Shown here: positions 28,711 through 37,326 of the stretch, piece after piece | How the letters are laid out: the number at the start of each line of letters is the position of its first letter | How positions within the stretch are numbered: position 1 is the stretch's first letter | Made by a program: the position numbers and the translations under genes | Notes under the pieces: model-generated | Told to the model about the DNA's origin: nothing | Databases searched by the model: none | The model's input: only the letters and a program-made list of their open reading frames with translations | Assembly: GCA_964518475.1 (NCBI GenBank) | Contig: CAZFGR010000015.1 | Location: 1-42,335 of the forward strand | Source: an uncultured Nitrososphaerota archaeon | Lineage (GTDB): Archaea; Asgardarchaeota; Njordarchaeia; Njordarchaeales; Njordarchaeaceae | Length of the DNA: 42,335 nt | Direction: 5' to 3'

Positions 28711-29748
28711 TTGGTTAAAAAGGTTTTATTAGAGAAGTTTGAGGGTAATCCTATCCTTAAGCCTAGAAGTGGTTGGGAGAAGGAAGCTGTTTTCAATCCT
28801 GCAGCCTTCTTTTTCGATGGAAAGGTCTTCCTTTTCTACAGAGCTAATGGAGATTGGAGTGAAGCTATATCTCGCCTAGGAATTGCTTGGAGTCGGGATG
28901 GTTATCATTTCGAACGGTTCGGAGAACCTATTTTCGAGCCAAAACTGGATTTTGAGAAATGGGGTATCCAAGATCCTAGGACTACGATAATTGGGGACAC
29001 CCTGTATATGACGTATGTTGGTTGTCCTGGGAGATGCGATCCGCCTTTATCGATCCTTGAAAAAATGGGTTTGCCGAGAGAGGAATTTGAGAGGATCGTG
29101 GCTGAGAAGAAGGGTACTATTCCGCGTATAGGTCTAGCATCCCTGAAACTAGAATTCTTAAAAGAACCAACAAAAATTAAAAACAAGTTCATTAGGTATG
29201 GTCCTATAACTCCTCCTGACGTTCATCAAAGAGATGCGGCCTTATTTTCTGAGAAAATTAACGGTCTCTACGCTATGGTTCATAGACCAAGAAATTGGGT
29301 AGGGCCCGAATATGGTACGCATGCACCCAGCATATGGATAGGCTACTCTAGAGACTTAATTAACTGGGGTAATCATCGAATAGTAATGAGGCCTAGGGAG
29401 AATTGGGAGAGCGAAAAAATAGGCGCTGGCCCTCCTCCCATAAAGACGGAGAGGGGTTGGTTACTAATTTATCATGGAGTTGATGATAAGCATGTTTACA
29501 GAGCAGGAGCGGCCCTACTAGACCTAGATGATCCCTTAAGGGTTATCGGTAGGCTGAGTTATCCGATTCTTGAGCCTAAAGAAGATTATGAGAGAATAGG
29601 TGTTGTACCTAATGTCGTTTTTCCAGAAGGAGCCGTTGTACTCAATGGCGAGTTATTTGTATATTATGGAGCTGCTGATAAGTACTGTTGCGTAGCTACA
29701 TGTGATCTCGAGGAATTATTAGATGCGTTAGAAGAATCTGGAGAATAG
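28711..29748 (+). CDS. GH130-family glycoside phosphorylase/hydrolase (5-bladed propeller)
   Basis: NPIL.P, VFNPAA, YRA, QDPR, HRP, KIGAG.PP, YHGV, NVVFP.G, YYGAAD. Start moved from 28444 to TTG 28711 (GGGTGT upstream; avoids overlap with hppA). Confidence 0.88.
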   Translation: MVKKVLLEKFEGNPILKPRSGWEKEAVFNPAAFFFDGKVFLFYRANGDWSEAISRLGIAWSRDGYHFERFGEPIFEPKLDFEKWGIQDPRTTIIGDTLYMTYVGCPGRCDPPLSILEKMGLPREEFERIVAEKKGTIPRIGLASLKLEFLKEPTKIKNKFIRYGPITPPDVHQRDAALFSEKINGLYAMVHRPRNWVGPEYGTHAPSIWIGYSRDLINWGNHRIVMRPRENWESEKIGAGPPPIKTERGWLLIYHGVDDKHVYRAGAALLDLDDPLRVIGRLSYPILEPKEDYERIGVVPNVVFPEGAVVLNGELFVYYGAADKYCCVATCDLEELLDALEESGE

Positions 29749-29842
29749 AATTTATATGACGAGTAGAGGTAGGAGATTATTGCAATTTTTTATATCTATT
29801 TCTCGTTAATTTTCTAGAGAGATCTGGGAAAGATGAATTCTT

Positions 29843-30928
29843 ATGAAGATTGGAATAATGTCTACTTGGAATGATGCTTGCGGAATAGCTCTTCATGCCG
29901 AGCTTTTAAGTAATGCCTTTCTTAAACTGGGTCATAAAGTGGTTATTTTTGCTGCCAAGGATGAGAGAGTAAAAGGCAGAATTCCCCTAGATAAGGAGGA
30001 TGAGGATTTCGTTTACAGGAATTGGGAAATGTATAGATATGGTTGGAGGATAGGGGACGATAACGCTTTAGATCTTTATTTTGATCCTAAGCCTATGCTT
30101 GAGGAAGACTTTGATGCGCTGCTTATAGAGAAACCCACTACTACTCCTCTAGGTAAACTCCTCTCTATAATGAATGAGTTAAAGAAGAAGGGTCCTATTA
30201 TCGCTGTTATGCATGAAGGAGAACCAATAATCAACGTTAATTTCATGAGGATGGATTTTGATGCCTATACAATTTTCGATGAGAGATTCTTGAGAGTCCT
30301 AGGGAATGTATTACCTAAAGAGAAAACATTCATAATTCCTTATCCATGCCATCCTATAAAAGAAGGGGATAAGAGTAAGGCTCGGGAAAAGGTGAATCTT
30401 CCCAGCACTTCTCAAATTGCTTTCGCATATGGTTTAAGACTAAAGAACATTGGGGATATCCTACCAGTTCTAGAAGAGCTGGCTAGGAAATACGACTTCT
30501 TCTTGTTAACGATGGGTAAGGAGTCCGAGAACGTTCAAGCTGCTAAAGAATTAGCGAAAAAGTATGGATGGGTCTTGTTTAGGTATGGTGCACCACCTAC
30601 TGAAGAGCTCTATGATTATCTCCACGCATCAGACGCCATTCTACTGCATAGACCAGCACCAAATTATGTAGCAGTATCCTCAGCTGTTCACCAAGTCTTA
30701 GGAGCTTTGAGACCAGTGCTTTGTCCAGATAACGGATTCTTCGAAATGCTTCATAGGGAGGTTCTTAAGTATCGGACTTCCGAGGAGTTGCGTCAATTAT
30801 TGATAAAAGTCTTCGAGAAAGATCCAATAATTCAAGAAACCTTGAGATATGCTCGAAAATATGTTGAGGAGAACTCAGTCCTGAATATAGCCAAAAAATA
30901 TCTTAGACTGATAAGGGAGCTCACATAG
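29843..30928 (+). CDS. GT-B fold glycosyltransferase (GT4-like)
   Basis: MKIGIMSTWN..CGIA.HA..L...F..LGH.V N-terminus; LHASDAILL..SSAV..LG C-terminal lobe. Confidence 0.8.
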   Translation: MKIGIMSTWNDACGIALHAELLSNAFLKLGHKVVIFAAKDERVKGRIPLDKEDEDFVYRNWEMYRYGWRIGDDNALDLYFDPKPMLEEDFDALLIEKPTTTPLGKLLSIMNELKKKGPIIAVMHEGEPIINVNFMRMDFDAYTIFDERFLRVLGNVLPKEKTFIIPYPCHPIKEGDKSKAREKVNLPSTSQIAFAYGLRLKNIGDILPVLEELARKYDFFLLTMGKESENVQAAKELAKKYGWVLFRYGAPPTEELYDYLHASDAILLHRPAPNYVAVSSAVHQVLGALRPVLCPDNGFFEMLHREVLKYRTSEELRQLLIKVFEKDPIIQETLRYARKYVEENSVLNIAKKYLRLIRELT

Positions 30929-31116
30929 TATCTCAATAAATGCTTCATTTTCTATTCCCGAACATGCATGCATCACCAGATATTGAGTAAGTATTTTAAG
31001 ATGTTTTTCTGACTTAATGTTTTTGTGTCACAACTCGGGGACTTTTAGGTATTCATATACGGTTCCTAAGACGGTGGTTCTTGCCTTATTCATATGGTGG
31101 TTAGGGAGGTAGAGTA

Positions 31117-31770
31117 GTGATCATTGATTTTCACGTGCATACCAGTAGGTCTGATGGATTACATAGTCCTAAAGAGATTGTTAATGCGGCCATTAAGAAG
31201 GGTTTAGATGGTCTTGCGATAACTGATCACGATATTCCCTCGCCTTCGATAAAATCGCGGGATATCCTAATTATTCCTGGTATAGAGGTTAGTAGTGATC
31301 TTGGCCATATACTAGTACTTGGTGGCTCTCCATCTTTCAGAAAAGGCACTCCTATTGTAGAGATTCTTGAATATGCGAGAGAAAACGCGCTACTAGTTGC
31401 TCCAGCTCATCCATTCTTCCTACATAACAGTATCGGCAAAGCTATTTTAAACTATAGATTTGACGCGATTGAGGTCTTGAACGGTTCTATGGTTCCAGGA
31501 TTCTTGAATACGTATGCTATAAGAGTGGCTGAGATGCTTAATATCCCTATGATAGCTGGTAGCGACGCGCATTGCATCGATGTTCTCGGATCTTGTTACA
31601 CTATTCTAGACATCAACACCCATGATGTTGACGATGTTATAGAAGCTGTGAAAAAGGGGGAAACTAGAGTAGCTGGATCACCAAATTTTCTCAAGAATAT
31701 AAAATGTTCAATAAAGAGGCTCCCAATATCTATTAGGAGGTTCCTCCTCGGCTACTCTCCTTATAAGTAA
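31117..31770 (+). CDS. PHP-domain metal-dependent phosphoesterase
   Basis: DFHVHT..SDG, ITDHD, GIEVS..GH, AHPF, GSDAH. Confidence 0.92.
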   Translation: MIIDFHVHTSRSDGLHSPKEIVNAAIKKGLDGLAITDHDIPSPSIKSRDILIIPGIEVSSDLGHILVLGGSPSFRKGTPIVEILEYARENALLVAPAHPFFLHNSIGKAILNYRFDAIEVLNGSMVPGFLNTYAIRVAEMLNIPMIAGSDAHCIDVLGSCYTILDINTHDVDDVIEAVKKGETRVAGSPNFLKNIKCSIKRLPISIRRFLLGYSPYK

Positions 31771-31788
31771 TGCTCCCAGGAATAAAAG

Positions 31789-32646
31789 CTATTTACTCTT
31801 TATGCTTCTTCCAATTACTACTTTTACTGCTCCATAAACAGTTGTTATTACCGCAAAAACGAAACCTATGAACGCTATTGTAAATATTATTTCTGGAACC
31901 ACTCCTTTTGACACTCCCATGAACACGATAAGGAGATGGGGGATATACGTCATCAGGCCCATTAGTGAGAGAGCGAAACCTATTTTATATTTCTTTATTC
32001 CATGAAGAATCCCTGCTAGAAAAACAATGTTGCCCGAAAAGATTATTACCCATAGTAATCTGATAGTGTTCGGGGTGGGCTCCAGTATTCCGAAACTCGC
32101 TAAGAAAGCTATTAAGATCTTGGATTCTATCAAAGAGCTAGAGATATTTGTCAGGAAACCTGCTATGAATCCTAGAGAAAAACCTATTGTGTCTCGTATC
32201 ATTGCTAGGAACGCTAATACGGTTCCTAGTGTTAGGAGGATATAGTTTGTTCCGATACTGGATGCATTCTCCACATATTGACGGAGAAGTATTAGCTTAA
32301 CCGTAGGTGCCGAAAAAATCATAAATGAAATCAGATCGAGAAGACTAGCTCCAGAGCCAATAGATATAAAGAAATTGGCGAGAAAAGATGCTTTACGTGT
32401 GACGAGAATCAAACTCCCTAGGATGACTAGTAAACCACCAAATAGACCTATAAGAAAAAAGAACCTCACAACCGCTCTTGCTATTTCTGGTGGAAGGAGT
32501 CCTCTCTCGACAAGTTCTCTAATCACTACGAGGAGTCCAGATAAATCTGCATGTACTTTCGCTACCAATAGAATTACTCCCGCTAAGAACCCGAAAAAAG
32601 CTCTCCTAGCATATTCTATTTTCTCGCCAATAGATTTTGAATCCAT
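31789..32646 (-). CDS. Polytopic membrane protein, unknown function
   Basis: About 8 Gly-rich hydrophobic helices; GGGGA SD upstream; no recognisable motif. Confidence 0.7.
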   Translation of the reverse strand: MDSKSIGEKIEYARRAFFGFLAGVILLVAKVHADLSGLLVVIRELVERGLLPPEIARAVVRFFFLIGLFGGLLVILGSLILVTRKASFLANFFISIGSGASLLDLISFMIFSAPTVKLILLRQYVENASSIGTNYILLTLGTVLAFLAMIRDTIGFSLGFIAGFLTNISSSLIESKILIAFLASFGILEPTPNTIRLLWVIIFSGNIVFLAGILHGIKKYKIGFALSLMGLMTYIPHLLIVFMGVSKGVVPEIIFTIAFIGFVFAVITTVYGAVKVVIGRSIKSK

Positions 32647-32822
32647 TAGAAATCCCCTATAAAGGCTATCTATGATGACATGTTTGAAGATAGATCAGGA
32701 GATAAAGAGATATCTCAAATATAAATTTCTCTAGTCCCACAAATAGTAAGAGTTATAGTTATAATATTCATTCATCTTCGATGAGTAATAAAAAATATGA
32801 GAAAAGAATCGCTATGTATGCA

Positions 32823-33416
32823 TTATTTGACTTTGTGAATACCTTCTTTCTTAAATAGATTTAGAATTGATTCGGCTCTTTCTTCAGAAAATGTCCATTC
32901 TATCGTAAATTCGCAGTACTCATCCCCAACAGCTATGCATTTGGTCTCGTCCACTCTTACACTTTGTGCTCCAAACACGTCTTTTCTTAACTCTGTCAAA
33001 ATCCATTCTAGAGTTCCCGCCAGAGTTGCTGAGAATCTTATCCTTGGGTCAGGGGAAATCATATCCTTGCATATTGGGTTATTTTTAATTCGTAGAACTA
33101 AGAGAACTTTTCTTCCTCCTTCCCTCACATCATAGAATATTTCATCAAATTCCTTACCGAGAAATATTTTTATTCCCAGGTTTGCTGCTTTCCAATAGTC
33201 TTTGACTGTCTCAGCTACTGGTTTTGTTTTCTCGAGATAATGCATTATGATCCATTTTCCGCCTTTCCTGCCGAGCTCTTTTAAGACCTCGTACGTATTC
33301 TCTACCCCCTCGTTCTCCACAATATACCCAGTTACAGAGTGCAAAAGAGCTTTAAAAACTACTAAATTTATCTTCTCTGTCATGAGATACCAAGCAATAG
33401 ATCCTTTAATCCCCAT
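32823..33416 (-). CDS. V4R-domain protein (V4R/Bet3-like fold)
   Basis: LKELGR.GG, NNPIC, AGTLE, VDETKCIAVGDEYCEFTI signature. Start moved to ATG 33416 (GGTGA upstream). Confidence 0.85.
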   Translation of the reverse strand: MGIKGSIAWYLMTEKINLVVFKALLHSVTGYIVENEGVENTYEVLKELGRKGGKWIIMHYLEKTKPVAETVKDYWKAANLGIKIFLGKEFDEIFYDVREGGRKVLLVLRIKNNPICKDMISPDPRIRFSATLAGTLEWILTELRKDVFGAQSVRVDETKCIAVGDEYCEFTIEWTFSEERAESILNLFKKEGIHKVK

Positions 33417-33534
33417 TTTTAAAATCACCAATTTACCTGATTTTGGCAAAATTCGCAAAAACTTAACAAAAATATCACAAATAACGCATAAATTTATATT
33501 CTTCCAAAACGGTGTTGTTCTAAAATTTTTCACA

Positions 33535-33563
33535 TTTCGTCTTCGGAGTTTCGTCTTTATATA
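33535..33563 (+). promoter_or_regulatory. Direct repeat abutting a TATA box in the divergent V4R/ligase promoter region
   Basis: TTTCGTCTT at 33535-33543 and 33549-33557, overlapping TTTATATA at 33556-33563. Confidence 0.4.
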
Positions 33564-33609
33564 ATTTGTAACTATTAATTAACAGACATGCGTATATAGG
33601 GGGCTAATT

Positions 33610-34965
33610 TTGCTGAAAAAACTTATTGTAAGACACGCTGTTAATAAATGGATAAAAAAGACTAAGGATTGGGATAAAAACGATTGGATAAACTACTTAA
33701 ATAATGTCTTCGATAAATATAAAGGATCAAAGTGGACAAAGCAATACTTCCCAGAACTAGAGAAGATGAAGTATCGCGATTTAATAAACTATAAAATTGT
33801 TCATGATTACCCATCCGCCCCACCAGATTATCCGAAATATATTGAATGGACTAGTAGTGGAACCGTGGAGAGGAAAGTCATACGGATTAGCAGAAGCGAC
33901 GCTATGCGGATGATGTATGGAATTGGTCGTTACTTAGCTGATACTGGCATACTTTCTAGAGTAAATAGTGTATTGGCTATTTATAGTCGTGAGGAATTCG
34001 CGACATCGAAAGTATTTATGGTGACAACCGAGATCTTTGCTAGGAAGCGACTCCTAGTTGCTCTTCCTAGGATTAGGGAAGAAACCCGTAAGATCATTAA
34101 AAAAGGGCCATATGATACAATTGCTGGCTTGCTAGGATTTCTAATGTATCTCTTCGATCAAGTAATTGCCGAGCATGACGTTTTGGACGATGTCATTGAT
34201 ATTGTCACGACCGGTGAGTCCTTAACTAGATCCGTAGTGAATTATTTCGAAAACATCATCAAGCGATGGAATAAAGAGTTTAGGATATACAATATTTACG
34301 GTTGTGCTGAAGTTGGGCTAATCGCGGGTTCCTTAAAGGATTACTCCAGACTCACCTATTATCCAGAAAGCGCTGGTCTAATGATACTCACTGAGAATAA
34401 CGAACTAATAGATGTCTTTGAGGCTAAACCTGGTACTGTAGGAGAGGCTATAATAACTATGCTGAAAGAGATGATTATTCCAAACTACGCCCTCGGAGAC
34501 ATAATAGAGATCGTAGGTATTGATCGTAAAGGCATGCCCATAATTAAGGTACTGGGCAGAAAAGCCAAAAAAATAAGAGTAAAAATACCAGAATTTGGAG
34601 AAGTTGAGGGGTATGTCGGGGGTATTCTTAGATTCGCTAGCGTTGAGCTGAATACCTATGCATGGGAGGAAGCTCTCGGTAATCTAGGTATCAACTATTT
34701 TGTACTAGTAAGAGACTACAGAACATATGCAAAAATGATCATATACACGGATAAGGAAATTGATGAAGAGGAATTCTTCAGGGAGCTCCAAAAGGATCCT
34801 GTACAAAACTTCGTCGGAAAAATGATTCAGCAAGGCATAATAAAACTAGAAATCGTAAGAGACCCCGAAATCCTCAAGAAAATACTATTCGCTATAGAGC
34901 AAGCAGCTCAAGAAGAAAGGAGCCCAAAAATCCCCAGAATCATACTTCTTAGGGAAGAATCTTAG
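33610..34965 (+). CDS. Adenylate-forming (ANL) enzyme, phenylacetate-CoA ligase/LuxE/GH3-like branch
   Basis: WTSSGT, TTGE, YGCAEVG, YALGD, VLGR and C-terminal PKIPR motifs. Confidence 0.8.
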   Translation: MLKKLIVRHAVNKWIKKTKDWDKNDWINYLNNVFDKYKGSKWTKQYFPELEKMKYRDLINYKIVHDYPSAPPDYPKYIEWTSSGTVERKVIRISRSDAMRMMYGIGRYLADTGILSRVNSVLAIYSREEFATSKVFMVTTEIFARKRLLVALPRIREETRKIIKKGPYDTIAGLLGFLMYLFDQVIAEHDVLDDVIDIVTTGESLTRSVVNYFENIIKRWNKEFRIYNIYGCAEVGLIAGSLKDYSRLTYYPESAGLMILTENNELIDVFEAKPGTVGEAIITMLKEMIIPNYALGDIIEIVGIDRKGMPIIKVLGRKAKKIRVKIPEFGEVEGYVGGILRFASVELNTYAWEEALGNLGINYFVLVRDYRTYAKMIIYTDKEIDEEEFFRELQKDPVQNFVGKMIQQGIIKLEIVRDPEILKKILFAIEQAAQEERSPKIPRIILLREES

Positions 34966-35074
34966 AAAACTGGGGATAGATCATCTTCTCCAATCTAATA
35001 TGTATTGGTTTAGGAGATTATTTGGTATACCTCATTAATTTGTTGAGAAGGGCGATCGCTGCTAGGAGGTTCCT

Positions 35075-35794
35075 CTATTTAAAGATCAGCTTGTAACCCA
35101 CTTTATACTTGATTTTACCCTTATTAACATAGGGTTTTATTTCCAGCATGACACGATCTAATGGCAACGATACTATCCTTGCTATTTCTTCGATATCTCT
35201 GTTACCGTTGCATTGAGATAAGATAAGCCTCTTTATGGGATTTCTCTCCTTTTCGACCAATGATTTATCGACAAGAATGGGGAATAAGGCTTCTTTAATG
35301 TACGGTTTTAGTTTCTCGGGAACCACCCTAGTTTTCTCTAGGATACTTCTGAATAGGTCTTGAGCTATTCTCCTTAGAGTCTCATCGGGTAGTTTCGCTG
35401 GTGATACGAGTTCTTTGATTATCCTTACTAAGGATTGTTCCAGTTCTTCGTCAACAATAAAAATTTCTCCACCAGGAAGTACCTCATCAAGATTCTTGGC
35501 TAGATTGGATAAGAGTAAAAAGACTTTATCGCTTTCCATTTTTTCACGCAACATAAGAACATAGAAGGCTTTTCTACCGCGAAGTATGTAGAAAGAGCCT
35601 TCACTACTTTCAATGGTGATTCTATCACCGATCTTGCCTAATGCTTCCCTATTCAATGCAATAATAGATGATACAAGGGCTGATAAGAGGCCCTCCTTAT
35701 ATTTCTCAATAACTGTTCTGGGGAAACTATATATGGGAACGCCCCCCTCACTCATTATCAATAATAAACTCGCGACACTTGATATAGAGGCCAA
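35075..35794 (-). CDS. Longin-like domain fused to winged helix (NPRL2-like architecture)
   Basis: LLIMSEGGVPIYS...LLSALVSSI is longin-like; C-terminal ILSQCNGNRDIEEIARIVSLPLDRV...I..YV.KG.I is wHTH-like. Confidence 0.65.
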   Translation of the reverse strand: MASISSVASLLLIMSEGGVPIYSFPRTVIEKYKEGLLSALVSSIIALNREALGKIGDRITIESSEGSFYILRGRKAFYVLMLREKMESDKVFLLLSNLAKNLDEVLPGGEIFIVDEELEQSLVRIIKELVSPAKLPDETLRRIAQDLFRSILEKTRVVPEKLKPYIKEALFPILVDKSLVEKERNPIKRLILSQCNGNRDIEEIARIVSLPLDRVMLEIKPYVNKGKIKYKVGYKLIFK

Positions 35795-36087
35795 TCTCTA
35801 CCCCCTAATAGTCTTGGTGATTAAACGGTTAAAATATTGTGAAGAAACACTCACATGTTTAATTTTCATAAAAGACAGTATTTAAAGGTGTCTTATTCTC
35901 CGTCATCAAGTCTTTAACGAAAAACCATTCATCGATACGAAAACAACTACATTGAGAATTCGTACAGTTCTCATATTAACGTTACGCTTTTAAGAATCCT
36001 TAGGTGAAAAGTTTTGTCATTACGGTTATGATAATGTGCTAAGAAGTCCACAAAATCCCAGATTTATTTAGAGATCGTTGATGCCTT

Positions 36088-37323
36088 ATGAGGGAAGATG
36101 ACTCTAACGATTTGAGGGACAGTATTATATGGAGTAACGTTCTAGGATTATTAGCGAGTTGGATCGTTTGGAATCCTTTCCAGGATGCTGTATATACCTA
36201 CTGGCAAATCTTTCTATATGCTCTCGGAGCTACACCAGCAATAATAACTCTCATAGCCGCAGTTTCTGAGCTAACCCTCTCATTAGCAAGAATACCAGGT
36301 GGATATTTAGCGGATAAAATTGGCCGAAGAACATTAATTGTTACGATGACTTATGTAATAGCGGTTAGCTATCTCCTTATGTTTTTCGCGAAATCATGGC
36401 AGGAAATACTCATTATTAACGTAGTGATGAATACAGCCCTCTTTTACCAGCCAGCACTAGATGCTCTTATAGCGGATAGTTTCCCAAAAAAAGCGAGAGG
36501 TAGAGGTTTCGCACTCCTTTCCACAATTCCAAGTATCGTCGCTATAGCCTCTCCATACCTAGCTTACTTATTTATTAGTAAACATGGAATTGTTGAAGGT
36601 ACTAGACGACTTTTCCTCTTAGCTTTCATATCTGGCTTAATTGCGGCTACTATTAGAGTTTTATCACTTAAGGAAACAGTATCGTCCGACGAGAGATTAT
36701 CAAGGAACGTTTTCTCCGATTTTGTACAAGATTATAGAACTGTGCTGAGACATATTACCAAGAAGATGAAGGTAGTGATTATAGTATGCATTCTCTTCTC
36801 ACTGACAAATGGTTTAACATACCTGATACAACTCTTCGCCCTAAATTATTTGGGAATAAGCGAGGGGTATTGGGCGCTTGTACAGACTATAGTATTCATT
36901 CTTAACCTACTTCTTGTTTATCCCTGTAGTTTCATAGTTGATAGGATTGGTCGAAAACTCCCTTTGATGATTGGTTCTTTAACATTGTTAACAAGTATTA
37001 TTCTACTTGTATACGCTCCGGTCGGACCAGTAGCAAATCCATACATCCTAGCATCTTTGGGAATCTCTTCAATCTCTTTCTCATTCTTCTCCTCGGCTCT
37101 TCCCGCTATCCAAGCGGATCTTTTACCATCAGAATACAGAGGGAGGGGCTATGCTATCATAATGCTTATGGACTCTGTAAGCCTAGCTACTGGAGAAATC
37201 CTCAGCGGTATAATTTACGATACCTTAGGCCCTAGATCACCGTTCTCATTAGCAGCTATCGTATGTGTTATCTTAACGATAGTTTCTCTTAAAACTCCAG
37301 AAACAATAAAAAGTAAAGAATAA
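36088..37323 (+). CDS. Major facilitator superfamily transporter
   Basis: About 12 TMs; motif A GGYLADKIGRR and IVDRIGRK; P...RGRG in both halves. Confidence 0.92.
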   Translation: MREDDSNDLRDSIIWSNVLGLLASWIVWNPFQDAVYTYWQIFLYALGATPAIITLIAAVSELTLSLARIPGGYLADKIGRRTLIVTMTYVIAVSYLLMFFAKSWQEILIINVVMNTALFYQPALDALIADSFPKKARGRGFALLSTIPSIVAIASPYLAYLFISKHGIVEGTRRLFLLAFISGLIAATIRVLSLKETVSSDERLSRNVFSDFVQDYRTVLRHITKKMKVVIIVCILFSLTNGLTYLIQLFALNYLGISEGYWALVQTIVFILNLLLVYPCSFIVDRIGRKLPLMIGSLTLLTSIILLVYAPVGPVANPYILASLGISSISFSFFSSALPAIQADLLPSEYRGRGYAIIMLMDSVSLATGEILSGIIYDTLGPRSPFSLAAIVCVILTIVSLKTPETIKSKE

Positions 37324-37326
37324 GAA

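Noticed and set aside
33417-33533. N-terminal extension of the V4R ORF
   Set aside because: Lies in the A-tract promoter region; a GGTGA SD supports ATG 33416.
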